In this document: positions 18,172 through 27,163 of the stretch, piece by piece
How positions within the stretch are numbered: position 1 is the first letter of the stretch
Layout of the letters: each line of letters opens with the position of its first letter
DNA from: an uncultured cyanobacterium
GTDB lineage: Bacteria; Cyanobacteriota; Cyanobacteriia; Cyanobacteriales; Cyanobacteriaceae
NCBI GenBank assembly: GCA_963749915.1
Contig: CAVVOP010000015.1
Location: 1-27,163 of the forward strand
Length of the DNA stretch: 27,163 nucleotides
Direction: 5' to 3'
Translations under genes and position numbers: made by a program
Notes under the pieces: generated by a model
Told to the model about the DNA's origin: nothing
What the model saw: the letters and a program-made list of their open reading frames with translations, nothing else
Database searches by the model: none

Positions 18172-18463
18172 GGAAGAACACTGTTGCCCGTTGCCCGTTC
18201 CCTTTCTTCGTAAATATTTACACCCTTTAATTGGGGTTTTATTCTGCCTAATTCTGTGGAAAAGTCCTTAGCGAAGCGGTTTTTAATGACGGTTAAAATA
18301 ACCAATAAATCCTAACACCTTTCCTAGATAAGAGTCAGAAAAAAAGGGCTTTTCGCCCAAACTTAAAACCATTGTTTATTAATTTTTAAATTTAAAAATA
18401 ATTCCTTTCTATTCTTAGTAATCACAGGATGTAATAATACCTTATTTACTTGTTTTTCACGGT

Positions 18464-18835
18464 TCAATAATTCTTTTTTGGGATTTTTGGTTTCCATAAT
18501 TTTAGTAAATATTGCTCCATAGCAGTAGCTATAAACTCACTTCTTGATAAATTACTTTGTTGATATGCTTGATTAAATAAATCCTCCATATCTTCATATA
18601 AAGTAAATGACATTGATTTTTTACTCTTTGGCCTATTGTTGGATAATAACAAACCTTCTTCATCTCTTTGAGCCGTTACAGCATGAGTTATTTTTGTAGG
18701 AGGAGTATTTATAGCCTTATCGATATCCCACCCTCTTTTTATTCTTCCATAAACTGTTTGTAACGCTAAACCATTAGCGATCGCAATTTTTTTATCTTCA
18801 TCAGGTAGAACATGACCAGGCTTATTTTTTGACAT
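18464..18835 (-). CDS. Two-domain DNA-binding protein (phage-type HTH plus C-terminal RHH)
   Basis: AIANGLALQTVYGRIKRGWDIDKAINTP; SMSFTLYEDMEDLFNQAYQQSNLSRSEFIATAMEQYL. Confidence 0.7.
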   Translation of the reverse strand: MSKNKPGHVLPDEDKKIAIANGLALQTVYGRIKRGWDIDKAINTPPTKITHAVTAQRDEEGLLLSNNRPKSKKSMSFTLYEDMEDLFNQAYQQSNLSRSEFIATAMEQYLLKLWKPKIPKKNY

Positions 18836-18985
18836 AACAACAAGGATAATCCCAATTATATATTAATTATAGGATAAAAGTAAAATCTGTTACCATAAAA
18901 ATAGAAGGAAACCGATACATATTGGTTACTTTTATTTGATTTTTGTTGATAGAGTAGCCATTAAACTACTCTTTTTATTGTATCT

Positions 18986-19495
18986 TTAATCCTCTAAATC
19001 TTGGCTAAAGTATTGAGAAGCTCCACAAACAATGAGTACAGCACCAACGAGAGATCTTTTAATAGCCATTTTGCAAAGAGTATTAACAATAATTTTATCC
19101 CCTTTAATTTGATTGATATATTTCTTTTCTTTACTGTTAGCAATCCCATCACATTGACCAACCAATTCACCAAAACGATAGAGAGAACATCGATAATGAT
19201 AATGGAACAATTCTGTCTCATAATCTACAATTTTATCAATTAAATCAAAGGTAGGACGTAGTTTAAAAAGTCTTACCAATTTTTCAGCACCAGCTTTAAA
19301 TAAAACTTTCTTATTACCACAGTAAGGGATAGTACCATAATCTATTGTTTCATCTAAATAACGTTTGACATATTCTCTCATTGCCGAGAAAACAATACTA
19401 GCTTGTTCTATGTCTTCATCTTCTAATAAATTAAAACTAAGAGGGGCATTTACCATCTTATTAGTTATTAACTGAATCTCTGATTGATTCTCCAT
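18986..19495 (-). CDS. Phage-type putative single-strand annealing protein
   Basis: DYGTIP...LFKAGAEKL...NTLCKMAIKRSLVGAV...FSQDLED is a pattern seen in phage recombination modules; divergent from ssb and Gp157. Confidence 0.5.
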   Translation of the reverse strand: MENQSEIQLITNKMVNAPLSFNLLEDEDIEQASIVFSAMREYVKRYLDETIDYGTIPYCGNKKVLFKAGAEKLVRLFKLRPTFDLIDKIVDYETELFHYHYRCSLYRFGELVGQCDGIANSKEKKYINQIKGDKIIVNTLCKMAIKRSLVGAVLIVCGASQYFSQDLED

Positions 19496-19577
19496 AAACT
19501 CAATTTTTTATTACTATCTTTTCTATATTATATCATCTAATTTAATTTTACTTTACTTAAAACATTAAAGATAATCC

Positions 19578-19606
19578 TTGTTATTTTAAATAAAAATAGA
19601 TATAAT
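19578..19606 (+). promoter_or_regulatory. Sigma70-type promoter with the same operator as 16702-16730
   Basis: TTGTTA-N17-TATAAT; TTATTTTA-AA-TAAAAATA at 19581-19598. Confidence 0.7.
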
Positions 19607-19702
19607 AGGGATATAATGAAAGAGAAGATTAAGAGAGAGAAACAGATCCTTAATACTAATCTTAAATTATAGTAAAATCAATCAAATAAAAGTAAACTAA
19701 CA

Positions 19703-20044
19703 ATGATTAATACAGTAACAATAGCTGGTTATATAGGTGCAGAACCTACCATGAATGTTTATGAGAACTCGACAAAAGTTAGCTTTAGTATAGCGGTAAA
19801 TACAGTAATAAAAGGAGAGGAAAAAACCTCATGGATACCTATAGAATGTTGGGGAAATCAAGCAATGTTTGTTAATAATTATTTGCACTCAGGAAGTTAT
19901 GTAATTGTATCAGGAAAGATTGAGCAGAATTCATGGGAAACAGAAGAAGGAGAGAAAAAAAGTAAGCTATTTGTCTATGCTAATCAAGTAGAATCTCCTA
20001 AACCTAAAGTAGAAAATAAAGGAGGAAAAAAGGTAAATAAATAA
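19703..20044 (+). CDS. ssb: Single-stranded DNA-binding protein
   Basis: MINTVTIAGYIGAEP, FSIAVN, WIPIECWGNQA and GSYVIVSGKI OB-fold motifs. Confidence 0.92.
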   Translation: MINTVTIAGYIGAEPTMNVYENSTKVSFSIAVNTVIKGEEKTSWIPIECWGNQAMFVNNYLHSGSYVIVSGKIEQNSWETEEGEKKSKLFVYANQVESPKPKVENKGGKKVNK

Positions 20045-20098
20045 GAAATTAGAGGGTTTAACCGCCCTCATTAAACATTAAACATTAAGGAAAAAACT

Positions 20099-20646
20099 AT
20101 GACAGAAACTAAAGGTACATACAAACTCTATGAATTAAGCGATCGCCTTCAGGAATTAGAGGAAACTATAGAAAATCTTGAAGGTGTAGATATACCTGCT
20201 GATGTACATACGGAATACTTAGAATTATTAGCAGAAGCAGAGGAAACAAATGATAAATTTATTGATAAAATTGATTCAATTTTATGCTTAATTCAGTCGA
20301 GAAAAAGATGGTTAGAAATGAGAAAAGCAGAGGCAGAAAGACTGAACAAATTAATTAAAAAGGATGAGAAAACTATTGACTGGTTACAAGAATATCTTAA
20401 ACAACATTTAGAGAAAATAGGTAAAACTAAGTTCAGAACAAATAAGTTTAATATATCCATCAGAAAAGCTCGGTAGCTCCCTTACATTTACTCAGAGAAG
20501 ATGCTAAAAGCTATCCTCAACAATACCAGAAGGTAACAATAGAAGTGGATAAAAAGGCACTTAAAGAAGCAGTAATTAATGGTGATGCAGAAGCCTTAAA
20601 GTATGCAGAACTAGGAGAAAAATCAACTTATTTATCAATTAAATAA
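20099..20646 (+). pseudogene. Siphovirus Gp157-family protein, frameshifted near 20470
   Basis: KLYELSD...KAEAERL...WLQEYL...FNISIRK, then in a shifted frame VAPL...EVDKKALKEAVINGD...YLSIK*. Confidence 0.8.
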
Positions 20647-20654
20647 TCTCAATG

Positions 20655-20670
20655 GGGCTTTAAATAGCCC
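20655..20670 (+). terminator. Hairpin after the Gp157 gene
   Basis: GGGCT-ttaaat-AGCCC; no U-tract. Confidence 0.35.
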
Positions 20671-20710
20671 TAGTAAAATACTAAGTAAAATACTAAGTAA
20701 AATACTTGGC
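20667..20710 (+). repeat. 12-bp tandem repeat AGTAAAATACTA x3 (TACTAAGT cores)
   Basis: Cores at 20679, 20691 and 20703. Confidence 0.9.
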
Positions 20711-20823
20711 AAAAACTATTTATTACTTGTAACGAACCGGAATATGCGAAGCGGAAGACGAGAAGGCTAGAAGGCGAGCTTGGGTTTTTTTGTATAAACC
20801 CTCGAAAAGGGGGATTAGGGATT

Positions 20824-20958
20824 TTATGACTGAGATGATGCAGATTTTGCAAGGTACCGATAGACACTCGCCTTGGAAAGAGCAAAATCTTTCATCAGAA
20901 CTTTAATGAGAGTACCTTGTTCCCTTAATAGATGAAGTTCGGTAACCTGTTGAGACAT
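20824..20958 (-). pseudogene. tnpR: Truncated serine resolvase (C-terminal HTH only)
   Basis: SQQVTELHLLREQGTLIKVLMKDFALSKASVYRYL is a resolvase-type HTH; the catalytic domain is absent. Confidence 0.8.
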
Positions 20959-21007
20959 AAAAAGAGACATAATAAGGATGTGTCTTAAAAAGTATACTTT
21001 CTGAGAC
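20952..21007. promoter_or_regulatory. Partial res site
   Basis: Imperfect palindrome GTCTTAAAAAGTATACTTTCTGAGAC (20982-21007) centred on AAAGTATACTTT; GAGACATAA at 20952 and 20964. Confidence 0.55.
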
Positions 21008-21037
21008 CAACGCCGCTCGAATGATAAACAACCGAAA

Positions 21038-24000
21038 ATGGAAGATGAAAGTTCCGAAGTCAAACGCCAAGAAAAGCGACTGAAAATTCTGACTACTGAT
21101 GAAATAGAGAGTATTTATAATCGACCTTGCTTTACTCATGAAGAGCAAATTGAATACTTCAGCTTATCACAATCAGATTTAGAGATTCTTGAACTATTTC
21201 GTTCGATTAAATCTCAAATGTATTTTATTCTTCAATTGGGATATTTCAGAGCAAAGCATCTCTTCTTTATATTTGCACTTGATGAAGTTGAAGACGACTT
21301 TCAATATATCATAGAGCAACACTTTAATTCCAAACAGATTGGCGCAATTAAAGTAATTGACAAAAAGACTCGGCTAAAACAACAACGGTTAATCCTTGAA
21401 CTCCATAACTATCGTCTTTGTGGGGAAGAAGAACGTCTTGAACTTGAGCAAAAAGCACAGCAATCGGCAATGGTTTACAGCAAACCTGTTTATGTGTTTC
21501 GTGAAATTATCAATTATCTCAGAGACCAACAAATTGTTTTACCAGGTTATAGCTTGATGCAGGACATAGTTAGTCAAGCTCTAACTTCCGAGCATAATCG
21601 ATTGACAAAGATCTTACATGATCGGTTGCAAACCTCTGAGACAGAAGCCTTTGAAAAACTATTAGAAGATTCACCCGGCTTGTATGAAATTACTCAACTC
21701 AAACATGAGCCTAAAGATTTTAGTCTCAAAGAAATCAAGTGTGAGATTCAGCGTGGTGAACAATTGTATTTTTTCTATAAAATAGCTCAAAACTTATTGC
21801 CAGAGATGGGGATCTCAAATGAGAGTATTAAATATTATGCTGCTTTAGTAGGTTATTACTCTGTTGCTAGATTAAAACAACTGAATAAGTGGACAGCCTA
21901 CATTTACATTATCTGCTTTGCCCATCATCGATATCAGCAACACTCAGACAATTTAATTAACTGTTTAATCTCCAGAGTGAGGCATTATAATGATGAAGCT
22001 AAAAGCGTTGCCAAAGAACGTTTGTATGAATGCTATATTGAGATTAACGAAAACTTGCCAAAAGCAGGACAGGTTCTCAAACTTTTGACAGATGAAAGTA
22101 TTAAAGCAGATACACCTTTCAAGACCATTCAGTCTAATATTTTCGAGATTTTACCACGTCAAAAGTTGCTCGTTGTCGCCGAGCGGATGGCTAAGACAGT
22201 AAATTTTAATGAAACTGTCTTTCAATGGGAGCACATTGATAAATTATCTCATCAATTCAAATTGCATTTACGGCAATTAATAATAACGATTGAATTCACA
22301 GCAGCATTACCTCAGGATACATTGATAAAAGCGATTGATTTCCTGAAAGCAGCATTTAAGAAAGGTAAACCACTCAAAGAGTTTCAGGCTGAATTATTTC
22401 CCTTAGAGTGCGTCCCCGCTTCGGTGACGAGTTATCTCTACGCAGATGATAGCGAACTCCAAAAGCAGCTAATTCCAGATCGCTATGAGTTTTTAATCTA
22501 TAGACTACTCCGAAATGGATTAGAGTCGGGTGACATTTCTTGTCGAGATAGTATTCATTTTCGGAGTCTTGAAGATGACTTAATTGATGATTTGAGATGG
22601 CAAGACAAGCAAAAGTTAATGGTTAGTAATAATTTAACTATTTTAACTCATCCAATCGCAGAACATTTAGCTTCACTCGAACAAAATCTTGAAGAACGCA
22701 TTGTCGAAGTTAATCGCCGAATTACTGACGGGGAGAATGAACACTTTCAGATTAAGAAGCGTCGTGATAAAGTTCGTTGGAATCTCTTATATCCTCAAAG
22801 TGTTAACCTAATCAACTCTCCATTTTTTGATAGTTTGAAACAAGTTGATATTGCCAGTATTTTACACTTCGTAGATCAGCATTGCCATTTTATTAAAGCT
22901 TTCGAGCATGTATTGGGACGTTACCACAAACAAACTATGGACGAGCATGTGATTATTGCTTGTCTGATCGCCTGGGGCAATAATATGGGGATGGGTCGGA
23001 TGGGTCAAATCTCTGATCTTGACTATCAACTCCTTGCCACTACCTCAGACAATTTCATTCGATTAGAGACATTAAATAAAGCAAATGAGCTAATTAGTAA
23101 TGCTATTGCTGAACTATCGATCTTCCATCATTATGATATCGATAATATGCTTCATTCTAGTAGTGATGGACAGAAGTTTGAAGCTCGGATTAATACAATT
23201 AATTCACGTTACTCTCCTAAATATTTTGGGCTGAATAAGGGCATTGTATCCTACACACTCGTTGCTAATCATATTCCGGTTAATGCCAGAATTATTGGGG
23301 CTAATGAGCATGAGAGCCACTTTGTGTTTGATATTTTGTTCAACAATACGACTGATATTCAGCCTGATATACATTCAACTGATACACACGGTACGAATGA
23401 GATTAATTTTGCTGTTCTGCATTCGTTTGGTTATCAATTTGCTCCACGCTACAAAGATATATATGACAAGGTTAGTCAATCCCTGTATGGATTTAAACAC
23501 CCCAGTAATTATGACAATGATTATGTCATTAAGCCAATCCGCAAAATTAATACTGAATTAATTGTGGAGGAATGGGAAAATATTCAACGAATTATGGTTT
23601 CACTAGCTGTTAAGGAGACTACTCAAAGCATTATTGTTGGTAAACTCAGTGCCTACGCTCGTAAAAATAAGACTAGACGAGCTTTGTGGGAATATGACAA
23701 TATTCTTAAAAGTTTGTATTTGCTCGATTATATTGACTCTTTGCCTTTACGTCAAAATGTTCAACGGGCATTGAATCGAGGCGAAAGTTATCACAAGTTA
23801 CGTCGAGCTATCTCTCATGCCAATTTTGGTAAGTTACGATTTAAGTCTGAACTTGAGCAACAACTTTGGAGCGAATGTGGGCGTTTAATTGCTAACTGCA
23901 TTCTTTACTACAATGCCAGTATCTTGTCTAATGTTCTTGCCCATCAAGAGCAGCTTGGCGACGTTCAAGGGGTTGAGGGGCTGAAACAGATTTCTCCTGT

Positions 24001-24109
24001 TGCTTGGCAGCACATCAATTTATATGGTCGCTATGAGTTTAGAAAATTTTCCGATCTTATCGATATGGATGCTATTGTTCAGCAGCTAACCCAAGCCACG
24101 TCTCACTAA
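21038..24109 (+). CDS. tnpA: Tn3-family transposase
   Basis: 1023 aa; SSSDGQKF, HSTDTHG and LNRGESYHKLRRAI DDE motifs; ISPVAWQHINLYGRYEF C-terminus. Confidence 0.97.
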   Translation: MEDESSEVKRQEKRLKILTTDEIESIYNRPCFTHEEQIEYFSLSQSDLEILELFRSIKSQMYFILQLGYFRAKHLFFIFALDEVEDDFQYIIEQHFNSKQIGAIKVIDKKTRLKQQRLILELHNYRLCGEEERLELEQKAQQSAMVYSKPVYVFREIINYLRDQQIVLPGYSLMQDIVSQALTSEHNRLTKILHDRLQTSETEAFEKLLEDSPGLYEITQLKHEPKDFSLKEIKCEIQRGEQLYFFYKIAQNLLPEMGISNESIKYYAALVGYYSVARLKQLNKWTAYIYIICFAHHRYQQHSDNLINCLISRVRHYNDEAKSVAKERLYECYIEINENLPKAGQVLKLLTDESIKADTPFKTIQSNIFEILPRQKLLVVAERMAKTVNFNETVFQWEHIDKLSHQFKLHLRQLIITIEFTAALPQDTLIKAIDFLKAAFKKGKPLKEFQAELFPLECVPASVTSYLYADDSELQKQLIPDRYEFLIYRLLRNGLESGDISCRDSIHFRSLEDDLIDDLRWQDKQKLMVSNNLTILTHPIAEHLASLEQNLEERIVEVNRRITDGENEHFQIKKRRDKVRWNLLYPQSVNLINSPFFDSLKQVDIASILHFVDQHCHFIKAFEHVLGRYHKQTMDEHVIIACLIAWGNNMGMGRMGQISDLDYQLLATTSDNFIRLETLNKANELISNAIAELSIFHHYDIDNMLHSSSDGQKFEARINTINSRYSPKYFGLNKGIVSYTLVANHIPVNARIIGANEHESHFVFDILFNNTTDIQPDIHSTDTHGTNEINFAVLHSFGYQFAPRYKDIYDKVSQSLYGFKHPSNYDNDYVIKPIRKINTELIVEEWENIQRIMVSLAVKETTQSIIVGKLSAYARKNKTRRALWEYDNILKSLYLLDYIDSLPLRQNVQRALNRGESYHKLRRAISHANFGKLRFKSELEQQLWSECGRLIANCILYYNASILSNVLAHQEQLGDVQGVEGLKQISPVAWQHINLYGRYEFRKFSDLIDMDAIVQQLTQATSH

Positions 24110-24228
24110 TTTCCCTATTCCCCCTTTTCGAGGGTTTATACAAAAAAACCCACTAAGTGAAAAATCCTTAATTTAGCGTTAGACTAGATATAACTGAATT
24201 CCAATCTAATCTAAATATAACTCTAATT

Positions 24229-24867
24229 GTGGCAACTAGGGCTAGAACAATCAGCAATGCCGGAAGTAACAAGGTTATCGGTAAGTTTCCTAGTGTAAAA
24301 ATGAATGAGATCCAAAGCTGGGAATCTCAAATAGAGCGAGACTATATTTACTTGCTAGAGATTGACCCCGATGTTATCTGTTATAAAAGTCAACCTTTTT
24401 CTCTTAATTATCGCTCTGAAGGGAAAAAGAGAAAATATACCCCTGATTTTTGGGTAAAAAGACCAAATAAAGAACAAGTTATTGAAGTCAAACCAGCATC
24501 GAAAATCAATAGTGAAAAGAATAGGGCTTTGTGGAACAAAATTATTCCCTTATGTGAAGAAAAAGGTTGGGAATTTGTAGTTGTTACGGATGAAATGATT
24601 CGGATTCAACCGCAGCTTAATAATATTAAACTACTCTATAAATATGCTCGTATTCCTTTAAGTTTTCACAACTATCTTGACTGTAAATTATATTTTCTGG
24701 AGAAAGAAATCATTTCCTTGAAACAAGCAGCATTCGATTTAGCCCTCAAGGCAATTAGCCATCTTCAATTGTATAAACTCCTCTACACTGGTTGGTTAGA
24801 AACAGATTTAAGTCAACCAATAGGGTTAGAAAGTTTAGTCAGATTATCCCCCTTAAAAAAAGATTAA
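24229..24867 (+). CDS. tnsA: Tn7-like TnsA endonuclease
   Basis: ESQIERDY...DPDV...SQP...YTPDF...EVKP PD-(D/E)xK core with a C-terminal wHTH. Confidence 0.92.
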   Translation: MATRARTISNAGSNKVIGKFPSVKMNEIQSWESQIERDYIYLLEIDPDVICYKSQPFSLNYRSEGKKRKYTPDFWVKRPNKEQVIEVKPASKINSEKNRALWNKIIPLCEEKGWEFVVVTDEMIRIQPQLNNIKLLYKYARIPLSFHNYLDCKLYFLEKEIISLKQAAFDLALKAISHLQLYKLLYTGWLETDLSQPIGLESLVRLSPLKKD

Positions 24868-24884
24868 TTAACGAGACCATAATT

Positions 24885-27084
24885 ATGAACAGAATTTCTC
24901 TCAGAGCCCGGACTTCATTTTTGGTTAAAGGGAAGAGAATATATGGTTAAAAAGCATTTAGCTCAGGGAAATTGGCAAATTGTCGAAGTTACCACGGAAG
25001 TTATTTCAACTATCAAAGAAACAGCCTTAATTCAACTTCTCTTTCACGGAGAACTAACATTTGAACCCCGATTAAGTTCAAAAAGCCTGGGAAAAAAATC
25101 AGAGTATCTCAAAGCAGATTTTACGCAAATTCCCTCTGAACTTCGTGACGAAGCCAAGAGAAAATATCAATATGTTAATCGAGTTATAGAGTTAAATATA
25201 ACCAAAAGAAATCAAGCTTCCCTTCAACCGATTATTGACCAAGTATCTCAAGAACTTCAAGACCTAGGAGCACCCAGTTGGGTAACCCTTTATCGTTGGT
25301 TAAAAACCTATATTAAATCAGGACAAGATATTCGTTCATTAATTCCCAGACATCAAGCCAAAGGCGATTATCGACCCAAGTTAAAGTCAGAAGTAACCGC
25401 CATTATTAATCAAGCAATTACCCAAGTTTATCTAACAGCCATCAGACCAGATATTGCCGATGTATATGATGAGGTAATTCGTCAAATCAGAAAGGAAAAT
25501 CAAAACCGTCAAGTAATGGGAATGGAACTACTGAAAATTCCCCATCGCTCAACAGTCTATCGGACAGTATCTAATTTAGACCCCACCGAGGTGGCTGTGG
25601 GACGCTATGGCAAAAGAAGAGCGGCTCAAATGTATAACCCCGTAGGCCGAGGTCCTCGTCCAACTCGCCCCTTAGAAAGAGTAGAAATTGACCATAGTAA
25701 ATTACCTTTATTTGTGGTAGATACAGAACAGCGAATGCCAATTGGTACGCCGTGGTTAACTTCGGCGGTGGATAAATATTCCCGGATAACTCTAGGTTAT
25801 TATCTGAGTTTCTCTCCTCCTAGTTATCTCTCAGTCATGCAGTGTTTATTACACGCACTACAGCCGAAGAATTATTTACAGAAACAATATCCCCAAATTC
25901 AAAATAGTTGGAATAGTTATGGATTGCCGGAAGTTATTGTCGTTGATAATGGCCGAGAATTTTATAGCACCCACTTTGAAGATGCTTGCTTAAGCTTGGG
26001 GATTGTGATTCAATATTCACCCCCTTATATGCCTTGGTATAAAAGTGCCATCGAAAGATATTTTGGAGCCTTAAATAGCCAACTTTTAAGTGATAAACCG
26101 GGAAAAAAATTTGCTAAGTTCATGGAGCAGTATGAGTATGACCCGATGAAAGATGCAGTCATTTCTTTTGAAGCATTACAAGAAATTTTACACCTATTTA
26201 TTGTGGATATTCATAACCAAAGTGAGCATCCCGAATTACGGTCTCCTCGTGGGCAAGTGTGGGATAAAGCTATAGAAGTATTTCCTCCAGGTTTACCGCC
26301 AGACAGTCAACAACTTTCAGTCTTAATGGGTTGTCTAACGAAGCGTACCATTACCAGAAGAGGAATAGAATTATTGGGACTAATTTATAACAGTAGTGAA
26401 CTGGCACATTTGCGTTCAATTCTGCCCCCATCAAGCCAAACAAAAATCAAATATAATCCTACGGATTTATCAGTTATCTATGTGTTCGATGAAACAACTC
26501 ATCAATTTATTGAAGTCCCTGCTTTGAATCAAGAATATACTCAGGGGTTAACTCTCTGGCAACATCAAGTCGTGAAAAAATTAGCCTGTCAAGAAGCAGA
26601 AAAAGTAGATATTGTGGCCTTAGCTTTAGCTAAAGAAAAAATTCAAAAAATTGTGGCCCAGGAGTGGAAAAAAACGAAAAAAGGAAAAACCCGTCAATCA
26701 ATGGCCAGATGGTTAGGAATTGGCACAGATGGTTTGAGCCAAGAAGAGAATTCCGGCTCAAAAATTCATGAACAACCAGAAATTGGGCGAGAAAATGAAT
26801 CGACAGAATTGAGAGAATCTCAGTCATTGGCGGGAATATCAGACCTGGGTTCTGCGTACTCTTGTCCCCCTAATAGTGCTCAATCGCAGACCAGAACTAG
26901 GGAAAAATCAGAGCCAAAATTAAATCAGGAAGAGAGGAAAAATGAAGGAATTGATGCTCCTTCAAAGGAAAAGAAAAAGGCTCAAGAATCTTCGCCCCAA
27001 CCAGATGCTCACTCATGGCAAACAGAATCAGAATTTCAGCCAGATTTAAAGGGTTGGGATGTAACTTATGGCTTACCTAAATAA
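24885..27084 (+). CDS. tnsB: Tn7-like TnsB DDE transposase (main ORF 24943..27084; probable native ATG at 24885 is offset by one extra base near 24907)
   Basis: EIDHSKL, VVDNGREF and KSAIERYF DDE triad; PSWVTLYRW and PHRSTVYR HTHs; Mu-like C-terminal domain. Removing one C gives MNRISLRAGLHFWLKGREYMVKKHL. Confidence 0.93.
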
Positions 27085-27099
27085 GATGAGGAAGAGCAA

Positions 27100-27163
27100 A
27101 TGAACTCAAATAACAAAAACTGGTCGAAGATAACTCTCAAAGAAAAGCTAGAAATAGTCAATA
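27100..27163 (+). CDS. Start of a probable TnsC ATPase (truncated by the window edge)
   Basis: GAGGAAG RBS and ATG 15 nt after the tnsB stop; MNSNNKNWSKITLKEKLEIVN. Identity is inferred from gene order only. Confidence 0.5.
   Translation, partial: MNSNNKNWSKITLKEKLEIVN

Larger units (their letters stand above)
20781..24152. mobile_element. Tn3-family transposon with 41-bp terminal inverted repeats
   Basis: TGGGTTTTTTTGTATAAACCCTCGAAAAGGGGGA(T/A)TAGGGA at 20781-20821 and inverted at 24112-24152 (1 mismatch); no 5-bp target duplication (GAGCT versus CTAAG). Confidence 0.92.

Noticed and set aside
16377..20646. Prophage
   Set aside because: Phage-like recombination genes are present, but no capsid, terminase, tail, lysis or integrase genes occur in the window.
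24229..27163. Calling the Tn7-like element a CAST
   Set aside because: No cas gene, array or tniQ is visible within the window.

Overview
AT-rich cyanobacterial plasmid-like region. The HIP1 octamer GCGATCGC recurs (e.g. 8620, 9042, 10045, 11644, 13580, 15093) and heptamer repeat tracts are common. From left to right: (1) a decayed IS1634 remnant; (2) a type Ib partition cassette (parA plus a small ParG-like gene) bracketed by 8-bp-period centromere-like arrays; (3) an HTH regulator divergent from a putative replication initiator with five internal 20-bp iteron-like repeats, then a broken ParB-like gene; (4) an orphan type IV pilin-like gene and an HTH plus degenerate ATPase pair; (5) an envelope module (YdjM-like membrane hydrolase, HlyD-like, TolC-like, secreted protein, divergent thermonuclease) interrupted by a four-helix-bundle gene between inverted heptamer arrays; (6) an RHH gene whose candidate 12-bp-period TACTAAGT sites are scattered over five loci; (7) a leading-region-like cluster (SWIM proteins, acidic mini-protein, putative annealing protein, SSB, Gp157) sharing promoter, operator and 5'-UTR motifs; (8) a Tn3-family transposon with a truncated resolvase, 76 bp upstream of Tn7-like tnsA-tnsB-(tnsC start). 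Many genes carry single-base frameshifts that could be decay or assembly error. No CRISPR array, tRNA or rRNA was seen. All family calls come from motif recognition by eye, not database searches.
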